Assembly: GCF_001447785.1 (NCBI RefSeq)
Contig: NW_015163641.1
Coordinates: forward strand, 39,699-103,698
DNA length: 64,000 nt
Direction of reading: 5' to 3'
Source of the DNA: Gekko japonicus
Taxonomy: Eukaryota
Below are positions 23,785 through 37,561 of this stretch, in pieces. The first letter of the stretch is position 1; each line of letters opens with the position of its first letter. The position numbers were made by a program, and so were the translations under genes. The notes beneath the pieces were generated by a model. The model had not been told where the DNA came from. It did no database searches and was given only the letters and a program-made list of their open reading frames with translations.

Positions 23785-25421
23785 GTTCCTACTCATATGT
23801 TTCTTCTATCTGTCTTTCCCTGGATTCCTATCCAGTCCACTATGTTACATATAATCTTATGATGAACATAAACCAATAAAATTTAGCAGTCTTTGAAGAA
23901 CTGTCTATTTGATTGACTGATTCCTGACCATGAAGACCATCATGGAAACTAGACTGAAAATTGTATTTTTGCCTCCTATAGTGAGAAGTGAACTCCATGG
24001 AGGTAAAATAAATACTACACAGTAATGGAAAATTGCTGAAACAAAAAAGGGGATATAGTATTATGAACAGGGCTTGGGTAAAGGCATTCTTATCAGTTGG
24101 CTGACCAAGTATTGCACAAAAGCAGTAACAGGTCACTTTAATACACATACAAATCAAGGGACTACATTTATGGCTGTCAGTACAAACACAAGAGAGGAAA
24201 TGGGCCTTTAGGTTTGTACTGTGGAATCAGCAAAGATAAAACTGTACAGATGAAAGAACAACAAATACACATTGCTAATCTGCTGGTGTGTGATTGCTTT
24301 GAACTATGAATTTCAGTAGAACTTTAATATGAAAAATTCATAGAAAACAGTTTATGAATAGCAAAGATCCCAGGTATCTTCAGTCTGCTAACTGTATTTA
24401 CTTTTATTTATTTATTCAAATAATTTATTTACTTTTATTTATTTTTACTATTTACTTTTATTTATTTATTCAAATAATTTATTTATTCAAATGTCTGACC
24501 TACCTCATACCAAGACTGTGGGAAGAAACAATTTCATTTTTAAAAGTTCCTATTCAAAGGAGATTAAAACGTAACACATGCTTTCCAGCTTAACTTCAAT
24601 GTGCAAAGCAAAACCACTTCAATATCCAGCTTCAGCAACTTTTCTGTGAAGCAGCCACTAGAGATGTGAAACCCTGGGGGGGGGGACTCAGGAAAAAATG
24701 GTTATAAAAATCACAATTTTCCTCCAAGGTCCAAAAGGGAGGGGGAAATTTGGGGGGATACTGGGGGGAAAAGTGATCTTTTTTCCTTTTTGGAATGAGT
24801 GAAATGCTTTTTAAGTTTTACTCACAGAATGAAGGTCTTTTTTTATGTGAGATGACCTATGGAGAATTTCAGTATATACTATAGATGTACAGTATGTACT
24901 GTAGTAAATACTCGAATATATACTATAGACATACAGTATTTTCTTGGATATATTTGTTGTTTAAATATGATGCAATTTGTTCACAATTCATATGCTACAA
25001 CACATATGAAAATAATGTACTAGTGAAAAGTTCCATGCTTTAATGTTTAGAGTGCAGAAGGATTTTCCCTCAAAATTTCCAGATCCCTGCCTCCTCATTT
25101 TATATTTCTGGTGTTGGAAAAGGCAATGTCTGGTTTACAAAGAAGAGAAGAGGACCCTGCAGCAGGCAGGAAGAAGACAATTAGGGTAGTGAGGTCAGCA
25201 CCTTCTCTCCTTTTAAATGTCATTCCTTGTCTGTCTCCAGATTGCTATTCTTAGGGCAATTCTCCCTTCTTCTAAAAAATGCCACACTCAACCTTGCCCT
25301 CTTTCTCAGCTAGAGATGTCGTTAGGACCCTATCTCTGTCTATCCTCTTTCCTATCAAGTATATTAATTCTAAATAAACCTTTATCTACTCTTTAATCAG
25401 GTTGTGCACCATCGTTTTCTT

Positions 25422-25812
25422 CAGGGCTTTTTTTGTGGAAAAAGCCCAGCAGGAACTCATTAGCATAATAAGCCACACCCAACAGCAGAAACTTATTAGC
25501 CTGTTAGGCCACACCCCGAACAGGACAGCTCATTTGCACATTAGGCCACACCCCCATGTTACCAGAAGTGTGCTCATCCAGCCACACCTACCTTTTGCTT
25601 CTTATTCTATTGACATTGTTGTCAAAACCCTGGGCTTTTTTGTAGCAGGAACTCCTTTGCATGTTAGGCCACACACCTCTAATGTAGCCAATCCTAATGA
25701 GTTTCTGCTGTTGGGTGTGGCCTATTATGCTAATAAGTTCCTGCTGGGTGTGGCCAACTTGGAAGCCAGCTGGAACTCCGTTCCTGTGCGTTCCTGCCCA
25801 AAAATAGCCCTG
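25422..25812 (-). mobile_element. Composite hAT MITE (inverted copy of 7042-7438)
   Basis: CAGGGCT...AGCCCTG termini; perfect 8-bp TSD GTTTTCTT. Confidence 0.92.
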
Positions 25813-26513
25813 GTTTTCTTCATTATTCTGCCAACATCTGGTACCCACCAAAACAATTTTTCAATGTACCTTAATAGCCCTGAGTTGGCGACAGAGAGTA
25901 AACTCAAGACAGACAAATAATTCCAGATTATGTTGGTTTCAGCTTTAGGATTTGCCTAATTCTGAGCAGTTCCCAAACATATAAAAATGGTAAGATGAAA
26001 AGAAGAGAAGCTGTACGCCCCAAAGAACATGAGAAATGAAAACCTATTTATTTATTTATTTTATTTATACCCCGCCCTTCCTGCCAGGGCAGGCTCAGGG
26101 TGGCTCACAATTTTTTTATTTAAAAAACACACAGATAAAACAGTAGAAATACAAATATAAAACCAACATAAAGTGCTAGTGAGCAGTTTGTGTAACAGTG
26201 GCAAGTCATTAGTAGCAATAATTACAATTAAGAGTACAGTCAACCTTTTATGTTGGGACTGACATCTCTGTCCAGTTTATATTGGCAGCACACAGGCTGT
26301 CGGTGATGGAATTAGGGCACAGGGTCTTAAGTTTTGTTAGGTGTGGCTCCTTAGTTGAATGCCTGGTGGAAGAGCTCCATCTTGCAGGTCCTGTGGAACT
26401 GTAAAAGATCCCACAGAGCCCTAGTGTCTTCTGGGAGCTTGTTCCACCAGCACAGAGCTGCCACTAAGAAGGCCCTGGCCAGCCTGGCATCTTTGGGACC
26501 CAGGAGGGCCAGA

Positions 26514-26967
26514 TGGGGTTCTATCTGTCACATCTTCACCCCCAGTCACATCTTCACCCCCAGTGGGGGACTTTGGGGGGAATTCCTGGAGGGGGCAAGG
26601 CATCCCCGATGTGATGATTTCACATTGGGGAAGTCTCCATGCTCACCCAATCTTCCAACTGGCGTTCCCCACCCTGCATGCGCCTCCGTAGTTGCGCATG
26701 CGGGAAACACCGGCTCCTTGCACTTAAAGGGGCCTTTTTAAGTGCACAGAGCCGGTGTTCCCCCCCGTGGCCCGATCTCCATGGAGATTAGGCTCATGGC
26801 CCACAGCCACCCCTCTCCCTCCTCTCTCTCAAGAGAGAAGGGAGAGGGGTGGCTGCAGGTGTTGGGGCTTGGCGGTGGGGCTTCCCCTGATGGCCAGCTG
26901 GCCAGCAATGGGTAGAAGCCCCCAAAAGTGGGGGACTCCTGCCAAACTGGGGGGTTTGGCAACCCTA
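26514..26967. mobile_element. hAT (Blackjack-like) MITE nested in L2
   Basis: Right TIR TGGCAACCCTA, degenerate left TIR, TSD GGGCCAGA/GGGCGAGA; internal palindrome near 26705-26760. Confidence 0.7.
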
Positions 26968-27689
26968 GGGCGAGATGGTTTTGGGACCGTGAAAGCAGTG
27001 CTCTCTGGAGAACATGTGGGGAAAGGCAGTCCCTCAGGTTTGTAGGCCCCTGCTGATAAACGGCTTTAAAGGTAAGAACCAGCACCTTGAAGCAAATTCA
27101 GTACATTATAGGCAAGCAGTGCAGTGCTTTTAGTGCAGGCTGGAGGTGCTCCCGCATGAGGTGACCCAGCAACAGCCTGGCCACAGCATTCTGCTCCAAC
27201 TGAAGCTTTCAGATTTGGGACAAGGGCAGCCCCCTGTAGAGAGCATTACAGTAGTCTAATCTTGAGGTGACCATCACATGGATCACTGTCACAAAGTCAT
27301 TGCGTTCGAGGAAGGGAACCAACTGCCTGATCAGCCAAAGATGATAAAAGGCTGACTTAGCAGTGGCTGCTACCTGGGACTCCATCATGAAGGAGGCATC
27401 CAAGTCACTCCCAGACTCCTAACCTCTGATGCTGGCACCAATGGTTCCCCATCGAAGGTCAGGAGTGGGATCCATAACCCTGGACCACTTAGAATCAGGC
27501 ACAGGTCCTCCATCTTCATTGGATTCAATTTCATTCAGCTCAGTCTAAGCCAACCAGCCATGGCTTGCAATGCCAGGTCCAGGTCCTCCAGTCTAGAGTC
27601 AGACTGGGTGCCCAACAACAGATAGAGCTGGGTGTCATCTGCATACTGGTGACATTCCAGCCCATGCCTCTGGGCAATCTGGGCAAGGG

Positions 27690-27774
27690 GGCCCCTGATG
27701 TCAGGGGGTGTGGCATATGCTAATGAGTTATGCTAATGAGTTTCCCTAACTCTTTTTCTACGAAATGACCCCTG
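27690..27774 (+). mobile_element. Isolated right end of a hAT MITE inside L2
   Basis: GCCCCTGATGTCAGG...ATGCTAATGAGTTATGCTAATGAG...GAAATGACCCCTG without a left arm. Confidence 0.8.
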
Positions 27775-30700
27775 CCAACGGGTTCCTATGGGACAGCTGT
27801 TCCCCTAATGCCACCCTTTGTCCCCGACCCTGGAGGAACAAGGAAAGCTACCTCAAGGCAGACCCCTGAATCCCAGAGTCAGTGAGGTGGTGGATCAGTA
27901 GCTGAGACGAGTCGGCCTGGGCTGGGAGCGATGGTTCAGTGAGGTGGTGGATCAGTAGCTGAGATGAGCCGGCCTGGGCTGGGAGGGATGGTATAAATTT
28001 GAACAACAAAAAAATAAATAAATAAACCATGTTGAATGCTGCCAATAGGTCTAACAACAGCAGCACTGCCGAACCGTCCCAATCCTCCAAAAGTTGTCCC
28101 TGAGGGCAACCAGTGCCATCTTGGTCTCATGGCCTGGGTGGAAGCTGGACGAAGGGATCTAATCTGGAAACGTCATCCATAAAACCCTGCAACTGAATTA
28201 CCACTGCCCTCTCAATTAGTTTGCCCAAATAGGGCAAATTGGAAACCGGCCGATAGCTAGCCAATTCGGCTGGGTCCAAAGATTTTTTTTTAAGAGAGGG
28301 CATACCACTGCTTCCTTGAGTGCCCTAGGGAACAGTCCCTCCCACTTGTAGATGATTTCCCTTGGAGCACCTCATAACCCTTCATGACCATCTTTAATTA
28401 GCCACGATGGGCACAGGTCAAGGCTGCAAGTGGTATGGCATACATTTGAGAGTAATTTGTCGACTTCCTCTAGGCTGAGTGGACTGAAATAATCCAAAAT
28501 CTGAGTAGAAGGCATGCATGGAGCTTCGAGTTCACTCACTTTCTCAACTGTGGCGGGGAAGTCATGGAGGAATGACAAGACTTTATCTGCGAAATAGCTT
28601 GCAAAAGCCTCACAGCCAATGTCCAGTTCCTTCACATTTGGTCTGCCTTGTGGCAGAGTAGTTATAGACTGAATTGTTCTAAATAATTGAGCTGGGCATG
28701 AGCTTTCAATCGTAGTCATGTAATACTCTCTCTTGGTAGCTTTGACTGCCATCTCATGGGATCTCATAAATGTCCTATAGGATGCTCTTGTAGCTTCATC
28801 GTGGATGCACCACCACTGTCTCTCTAGCCATCTAAGCCTTTGTTTAATCAGCCACAGCTCCTGGGTGAACCAAGGAGCCAGCCGAGAGCGAGGGCACAGA
28901 GGGTATCAGGGAGTGATCTCATCAATGGGTGCCGAGAGTCATCTATGCCAACCCTCTACAAGCTTATCCAATGAGCCACTTGGGGGCATCGGATTCCACA
29001 GAGCCATCTGAAGCTGCATAGGGTCCACTTGGCTCAGTGAGCAAGCTAAGATACACTCGCCGCCCAAACAGGATCAGGGTGAAACATTCACACAGGCCTT
29101 CAGGGCATGGTGGTCTGACCATGGCACTGCTGAAGCAGTACTCTGATCCACTGTAACCACCCGCTACAAGCCATTTTCACCTTCTGGAACTTTCCTACTA
29201 AAACCAAATGGTATCCAACAGTCACCAAAACCTATTCTCTGTAGGGATGACCTGGTGATCTCTGTAGTTCCCTGGAGAAACAGGTATTTTGGAAGGTGGA
29301 TCCTGTGGCATGTGGATCCTGTGGTTAGGAGAGACCCGGCAACCCTGTCTCCTCTCTCACTCAAAGTATATATAGCAGAATAAAAAGTGTCTTTCATATA
29401 TATTTATTAAATATTTTCACATGGCTAAACTGGGCCAAGTCAGCAAAGCACGGAACTACTTTTTTACCACGTATGTTTGGTGGCTGTGCTTTTGACAAAT
29501 ATGCAGAGCACAATGTCAGCCCTGGATTAATAGAAACTAAACAAGGATGACGTATCAGGAAGAAAAAAAATTGCAAAGCTCTCCAAAGGAAAGCAATTAC
29601 ACAATTAATATTGCAAAATCCAGAATTCTAGTTGTAGAAGTTTCCACAATGAAAACTTGAATGCAGCAATTTTTGTGCAGGTACAGGAGTTTTCTTGCCC
29701 CAGTCATATCAAAGGAGACAGCAGACTAAGATGCAGCATTGCTTGGCACACATATAGCACTGCTCATTTCATGGAACGAGTAGGCCACACGTACAAGAGC
29801 TTCCCATGAACAACACACAGAGACCCTAGATTAAGACAGAGATCCCGGATCAAGGTGCTTAGATACTGGCCAGATTCCAGGGTTTAGGTACTTTAAGTCT
29901 GAAGGCTTTCCGTCCCCTTCAAAAACAATACAGGCATTATTTCCCCAAAATAGAAAAGGCTGCTGAAAGGTCTTTTGAATGTTGAGAAATAATTACATTA
30001 AGAAAAAGTGGGGTATGGAGACTGCAGCCAGCTAGAAAGGGTTGATTCAAGAGCTTTGTATGAAGTGCCTGCCCTGTGCTTGCAGCAAGGCCAGCCAGTA
30101 TTACACCCTCCTTGCAGGTACTCGGAGCTGTTATCTGTCTTCTCTCTCTAATTGACTGAAGCAAGAGCACTAATTTGGCCACCACCAGAGGGGGGGGGGA
30201 GATTTCTCAGATGTGTATCTAGAGAACAAATCTGTCTTTAATTAAAAGATGGATTGTGCTTGGATGTAATACCAAAAGGAGCCTCCCATCAAGAGACAAA
30301 AAGAAACATGTTAGCCAAGATAACTTGGGCTGGGCATAGAGGCCATAGCGACTGATTTAAATGTGGTGTGGAATGAGGTGAGGGAAATGAAATAATTGCC
30401 TCAGCCTGGCGACCCTGCCTTGCAATGGAGTAGAAGCAATGTTATTTTTTTTTAACTGCTTCAGTCTTGAAACAACAATATGAATCCAAAGTAAATAGGT
30501 AAGTAACAAAAAAAAAGGGCTACTGCTCACCGACTGCTGTTCTGTTTCCACTTTAGCACAGAGTTCTGAGGCCTCAAAATTATCAATTCATTTGTAATCT
30601 TAAACTCAAAGGCTTAGATGCTCTATGTACCACACGGCATAGGAATTTGGCCTCAGAGGTTCCCTGTTATTTATCTATTTTAACAAGAAAAGCCACAATT

Positions 30701-31513
30701 TTAAATAACTTATTTCCTGGGATAATATAGAACATCACTCTGACAGTATGAAACGTGGCTCATATGCTACCCTCCCTTTTTGTTGTAGGTAAATCTGGAC
30801 CTACCCCCCCTTTCTGCTAACATTTGAAGTAAAATGAAGTAAATGGGTTAGGAGTAGAGTTGCCAACCACCAGTTCCCCTGGAGAAAATGGACGCTTTGG
30901 AGGGTGGAGTCTATGACATTGTACCCCACAGAGGTCCCTGCCCTCCCCAGGCTCCATCCCCAAATCTCCAGGAGTTTCCCAAAATGGATCTGGCAGCCCT
31001 ACCCCCCCCCTCCACGGGTGGCCAGGGGGCAGGTAACAACTGTAATATAAGCCAGACTATCAAAGTTTACAGGGTCTGGCAGCAGTTCTTCAGGATCTCA
31101 GCAAGGTAAGGTCTTTATATCACCTACTGTCTTGTCCTCTTCACTTAAGAGGCTGTGGATTGAACCTGCAACCTTCCGCCTAGAAAGCAGATAATTTCAC
31201 CACAAAGCCATGGCACCATCCCAATTGTGGGATGGTAACAGGCTCAGAATGGTGTAACTCTGGTTAAGGTTGCACTATAGCTTTGATTAATATGTGAAAC
31301 CTAGTTCTTACTCAACTATCAAGGCTTCTGCATGGCCTAGGGCAAATTTCTTAGCATGCCATACCTTGGATCTTCCGTGAAGATGAATAAAAAAGTTTTG
31401 CTAAATGGTTTGAGAAAGGCTGTGTGTATGATTCCATCCTAATGTATTTACAGCTCTGAAATAGTGTCCACTGGAAGACTGATAATGCAGACAACTAACA
31501 AATCAGTAAGGCC

Positions 31514-31670
31514 CCAGCATAGTGGATAGAGTGGCAGACTGGGATCTTGGGAGTCCAAGGTTCGAATGTCCACTTTTACCATGGAAGCTTGCTGGGTGGC
31601 CTTGAGCCTGTCACAAACTCTCAGCCTGGCCTACGTCACAGGTATCTTGTGAGAAAATGGAGGAGGCCAC
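31514..31670 (+). mobile_element. MIR-like tRNA SINE (Squam3-like)
   Basis: A box, GGTTCGAAT B box, CTCTCAGCCTGGCCTAC core. Confidence 0.65.
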
Positions 31671-33549
31671 CAACACTTAAGCAAAAGGTCCCCTCCCCCC
31701 ATGAAAAGCACTTCAGGTGCTGTACTGCTTTTATAGCCTCTCTCACATTGGCCATCTTCCTCTGTCTGTTGTTTTTTTTTAAACTCTAAAAAGGACTTCG
31801 GCACATACTAGTGTGTGTGTGTGTGTGTGTGTTTGCGTATTAGAAAATATAAGCATGATGACAAGTACTGAAAAAATGATTATATGCTGTAAAGTGAGCT
31901 GCAATTTCTGCAAAAGCCTGAAGTCTTCCAACCTTTCAGTATAGAAGGAACTAAGGAGCATTTTCACACCATTTAGTCTTGTCTTGTTTCTCCAAAATGT
32001 AGTATATCTGTAATTTTGTGTGTGTGTGTGTGTGTGTATAGGACAGAGAGACTGCATCTGATTCTAGGCTGTATATATGTTCAATAGTTATTTTGAGGGT
32101 AAGCAGGGTGATTTACATCTTACAACTAATCTTCTGCTTCTGATAGAACCACATGTATTTGCAAAGAAAAAATGAACAAAAATCAATTTATCTCCCACCA
32201 CCCTGCCTCTTTTACTTATTTCTCCATATCTCTAGTTTATTCTAGTTTCTCTAATTTATTCTAGTTTATTCCCTTTCTCTAGTTTATTCTCACAGAAACC
32301 TTGTGAACCAGGTTAGGCTGAGAGACAGAGAGATGTATCTGAGGTCACCCACTAAATTTCATGGTTGAGTTGTGATTTGTACATGGATTTCCAAGCCCTA
32401 ATGAGGTATTCAAACCACTGCATCATACTAAATATCCATTTCCAGCTAACATCTTCTCCTAGGACATAGGGCCCCCCACCAGCATGGCATTCTCTGTGAC
32501 AAAATACAATTTGAACATTCTGAAAAAATGTAGTGGTGCACCATGTTCCAAACAGGGAACAGATTGTCCTACCTTCCCACCTTCTGCTTAGTTTTTAGCC
32601 ACCTAAACAGCACCTCCTAAAGGCTGGAGGGCCCTTGGGAACAGTGTATGATACAGTGTGTGTATGCATATGCGTGTGCATGAACCTTGAGTACAAAATA
32701 TGTGGGAGCACCTTCGACTTGTTCAAGACCTTTGGATCCAAACAGAAATGTTTGAGAATTTGTATGCACACCAATACTGCTGCTTTAAAAACAACGACAA
32801 TAACCAGGCTGTCTGGATTGGCCTGTAGAGAGCCAAAGGCTTTTCAAAATCAACAGTTTGAAGATTAGCTTCAGGATTATTATTTAAAAGGATAAAAAAG
32901 CAAATAACTGTGCACTTGTTCAGCCAACACAATCTTGCAAAGTGTCGAAGACTTTTGCAGCCTGTAGAGAAATGCATTACATTCCTGCGGTGAATGAAGA
33001 TGCCTTGCAGAACGAGGCTCGGATTAAATGAAGATTTCCCAGGTGCTGTGGGAAAGTTGTGAGGTGATGGAGGATGCTGGCGTTCAAATTTCCTTCTGTT
33101 GATTCATTTCCAGGAGCTGTCAGTGCCGCCCCCTCCGCTGCTCCTCCAAAGATAGCTGTAACTGAATTTTGGGCACTTTGCAGAGCAGGTGACAATCTGA
33201 ACTCATTTCCTTCCTCTCTATCTAATAACCTCTTGTCAGAGCAGAGGAAGGGAGAGTTATTCTCTTAACTTCCTTCCTAGGGTGAAGTAAAGGTTATTGA
33301 CTGATGTTTCCCATACATCCTTAAGCCATAGTGAGCCAGCTGCAACCCCCTCCCCCCACCGGACATAACCAAGGGTTCCCTCTGAAGATGGAGATATTTT
33401 TAGGTTAGTTCACCTTTTTAGCATGTTTAAGGAAATGTCGTAATACATTATTTCACTCATGTGCCAGAAAATATGCAAGAAAGTTTACAATTGTAAACAG
33501 CCATATTGGTCCAAGCAAAATCCAAAGGAAACAACCACCAAGAGCAATA

Positions 33550-33640
33550 TCCACGTAATACCTTTTATTAAAACCAAGCCTACTTACGCAAAACATTTTG
33601 CAAGCTGTTGAGCTCACTGGAAGTCTTTTTCGGGCTGACT
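33550..33640 (-). mobile_element. Ancient Penelope-like relic with decayed hammerhead motif
   Basis: Reverse complement GCCCGAAAAAGACTTCCAGTGAGCTCAACAGCTTGC...TAATAAAAGGTATTAC resembles Penelope pseudo-LTR (CTGAnGA...GAAAGCTT...AATAAA). Confidence 0.4.
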
Positions 33641-35631
33641 GCTTCTTCCCACAGAACAGAGCTGTAACCTAACACTAGCACTAAAGTCAAGCTCTTTGCC
33701 TCCCTGTGTTTCACAGTCCGAAGAAGAGTTATGGTGAGTTTACACAGTTTTGTAATCCCAATAGAAGGATTACAACCTTTGAAATTTATTGGCCAGCATT
33801 TTGAGGAGAATGGATGGCCTCTTTTTCCTCTGCATTTTGTGAAAGGCAGGGTAATGTAAAGACAAAACCACATTTAAACATGATGCTGCCCTATACATAG
33901 TCAGAGCCCTGGTCAGTCATGGTCAGCATTGTATACTCTGACTGGTAGGAGCTCTCCAGGGTTCCAGGTGGGGGACTTTCGTGTCACCTCCAACCAAATT
34001 CAAATTTAAAGCACACGGAATATAACAAAACCCATATAACCCCTCCCCTCATTTTTGCTGCTATCATCATGTGATAATCTTTCGTTTCCTTCTGTAGCAT
34101 CCTAATTGCATTTATATGCCAGGTGTATATACATGCCATTCTGACATCATTTACACATAACTGATATTCGTAACCCCCTAGAAGGGGAAAATGCTACAAA
34201 CTGTATTTTCCCTATGGCTCATAGGGTTAAAAGCAGGAAGCTGGGGAAAATACACATCAGGAAAGCAGACTGGAGAGGGGTTAGCTTAAAGCCCAGTGTC
34301 ATTGTTTCAAATCATTATTCCCCCCACACACATACACATAATGCTTGGAGATGCAGTCATGGATATCTCATGTGACTTATTGTTTAGTTTTCAATAATTA
34401 AGAAAGAGATTTTGTCTTTTTTGGAATCTGGAACAAAAAATATCATGCTGCAGAAAGTGCAGGTGTGAGACTAACTAGACCCCAGGAGATCCATGGTGGG
34501 ATTTTCCCAGCATTGTAAAAAAATAAAAGAGCCCCCTGTAGCTCCAATTTATATCTTGGCTGCAGGGGGGGGCAACTCTCCCACCACCACAAAGGGAACT
34601 GATCTATGCTTTTATTAGGCTTGGAAAGAAACAAGACCAGAGACCTAAGGAAAAGTTAAGCCCCCTTTCCATCTGTATGGCTGATTCAGGTTAGATCCCC
34701 TGCACGTCTGCTTTTTGTTTTTAAAAATGCTGGGAAGGTACATTCATGGGCTTCCTAGCATTTTGTCAAGTTCCAACCACTGCTGACCACTTTACATTTT
34801 TAACACCAGAAACAAGTTTCTCCAAGGAATGTGGAGCCAGTCACTTCTTGAACTCTTAAGATTGCATGAGAAATCCAGTTATATATTTTAGTTCTTTTGG
34901 CAAGAAGGGGTATTTCTTGGAGACTAACTAGTCCATTGTGGCATAAGCTTTCAGCAGCACCCTCTTTATCAAAAGCAGGAAATGTTTTTCAGTAGCAACT
35001 CATAGGAACACCAGCTTTTAAAGATGTCATGTCAAAACAATGCTGTTTTTATTCCTTTAATGATGTTCTGGACATCATCTGATGGGGGGGGGTAGACTAG
35101 GCCACAGTAGCAGTGTCACTGGACTGGGCATGTTGCCTAACATTCACCCCCACATCATTATACCAAGGTCAGTAAACAGCCTGGGATTGCCTGATGCTGA
35201 TGCTCAAATGAAGCTGAGCAGATGCAAGCTTGATCAGTACTTCCACGGGAGACCACTGGAAGCCCCGTGTAGGCTGTTCTGATCATTCTGGAGAAGGAGA
35301 TATGTAACACTAGTCAACATTTTGTTATTTTTTAAAAAACATTCATTTGTCTGGAGATGCTATCCATGGGGCACAAAGCTAATTCAACATACACAAATGC
35401 AAACTGGCTGGTCTGGTTCAGAAACAATGGATGAAATCTGGCTGGATTCTTGTCAGTGTGAACCACATGGAAGAGAATGGAGTTTTGTGTTGGAAGTGCT
35501 CTGAGGTTTGGGCTGATGGTGTTAAAGATTTTTTGATAGAGATAGAAAACAGGAAAGAAGAACTGTTTGATTCCTCAGATCTGAAGCTTTAAACTGAAAT
35601 GTGCAATATTTATCAGCATTTCCTTTCCAAT

Positions 35632-35955
35632 TGTTAAGTCGTTCGCTTAATAAAGAAGTCGGAGAGTGATTCAGCAAAGAGATAGCTTTATTCATCAACT
35701 CGAACACAACTCCAACACGGATCAACATTAGATAGCCAGAACAGCTTTTGCATTAAAGCTGTTCCCTTTTTAAACTCTCCTGGCTAATATAGCCATGCCT
35801 TTACTGTACATTATCAACCAATGAGATTGTCTTCATAAGGACCAATCATCTACGTTCCTGCTCAGGGAGCTTGCTGATGTGCGATTGGTCGGTTCTTCCT
35901 GGGCTAGCCATGCGATTGGGTGCATTAGGATCCTAGCCCAGGACGAAGCTTAACA
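35632..35955 (-). mobile_element. Solo LTR (Gypsy-like, 324 bp)
   Basis: TGTTAAG...CTTAACA inverted termini; on the minus strand several CCAAT boxes, TTTAAAA TATA-like and AATAAA in order; no clear TSD. Confidence 0.75.
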
Positions 35956-36267
35956 TTGCTATTCTATTAGGTGATTCGCAGACATGTTTAGGCATTCAAT
36001 GACAGCTATTGAATACACTACAGAAAAGTTCAGCCTAGTTGGATGGCAAAAGTATATTATGTCCCTTCTGTGTATCATGAAACAGTGAAAGGAAGTAGGA
36101 AAGTAGCACAAGTTGCCATGCACCGTCAGATAAGCTGGAAGACACTACAGTGCTGGTACCATGGTTCAAAAGAGGAAACTGCTATGTCCCATAATGGAGG
36201 TATCTGACATTTCCTGATGGTGCAGCAGAAGCCTGGTAATTTCAACAGAAAGTAGAAGGGTCAGAGG

Positions 36268-36473
36268 CATTGTTCCCTCTAAGCTGAGTTAGTGTGAGCT
36301 AGCTCACGGTTTTTTAGCTTCCGGCTCACACATTTTTGTCTTAGCTCAGGAAGGACGGCTCCAGACCAAACTAATTTATGCAGTAGCCAAATCCCTCACT
36401 CACAACTTTAATGTCAGTAGCTCACGAAGTAGAATTTTTGCTCACATGACTCCTCAGCTTAGAGGAAGCATTG
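36268..36473 (+). mobile_element. hAT MITE (CAGTGTTCCCTCTAAG family)
   Basis: TIRs and perfect 8-bp TSD GTCAGAGG; second copy at 42404-42607. Confidence 0.92.
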
Positions 36474-37561
36474 GTCAGAGGGAACTCTATTAGAAACCCA
36501 AATATATCTTTTCACCCGGGCTTTAACAGAAGGGTTTCATCTTTTGGGATACATATTGGCCCCTTCTAGCTTGAGCACCTTTTTATGGATACTACTTTTG
36601 TAATATTGTTTTGATACTGTTTTTGTCCTCCTACAGCACTCTGCCATTGTTTTATGGCTGGTTTTCATGCTGATAATTTTCTGTTTATTGTTTTTATGAT
36701 TTTATTGTTGTAGTATTTTTACTTTATGAGCCACCTTGAGCAATTCTCTGGAGATAGGTTATATAAATTATCCAAATAAATACATAAAAGTTCCTGTCAA
36801 AACTAGCTGAATGGCGTTAAAAAAAATCAATCAATTGGCAGCCTCAGTAAGGATTACATTTTAAAACACTCCTTTATGTAAAAATACACCCTGCGTATCG
36901 CAGACAGCATACCTGGGAAATGGCTGTCTTAAACATTTCTCTTTGATGTAGTTATTACATAGGCAAGATGTTATATAGGGTACATTCATGAATAAGGCCA
37001 GAATACTATCATTCCAGTCTGCGCAATGTGGAGAACAGCTTTGTGCAGAGAACAAATTGTGATTCAGGATAATATAACACTGAGGTGGTTGAATACACCA
37101 CACCACTTTAGTGGGGGGGGGTAGCATTTTTTCAGTTCTTCTCTTCTTGAAAAAATAATCCCATCCCTGCTTGAGTTGGGGGCTCCAGCGATGAGGTGGG
37201 GAGGGGGCCGGCGGCAGCGGTGGGGCGAGTCAAAAGCGAGTGGCAAGGCAGTGGCGGGGCCAGTTGGACGGCGGAGAGCAGCAGCGGCAGGAGGCGAGCC
37301 AGGCAGCCGGGCACCCCCAGGCAGGCAGTGGCTGAGGCAACTTTGGCGTGCTGGTTCCCTGCCCCGGCGGCCCGTCCGTACTCGGCCTTCCATTCCACCT
37401 CGCCCTGCACCTCCTCAGCCGCTGCACCTTCCGCCAGTTTGCTCAGCAGCACCAGAATGTAGCTGGAATGCCAGTGCAACACCCACCTAGAGCACAGGTT
37501 TCTGGAGTGGTATCTAAGCCCACATACCTGCTTTGTACTGTGTCCAGTTGCCAAACCAGAC

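Larger units (their letters stand above)
26045..29165 (-). mobile_element. Degenerate L2-clade LINE (ORF2 remnants) with nested insertions
   Basis: CHQYADDTQLY RT motif near 27620-27655; AFYHLWLIRQL...VTSRLDYCNALYRGLP; TTCSLDLCPSWLIK; LLLLDLLAAF; (TAAA)n tail near 26045. Confidence 0.9.

Noticed and set aside
37085-37520. GC-rich island with overlapping ORFs
   Set aside because: Probably a non-autonomous DNA element with weak terminal similarity; ends and TSD could not be defined, and no coding evidence.
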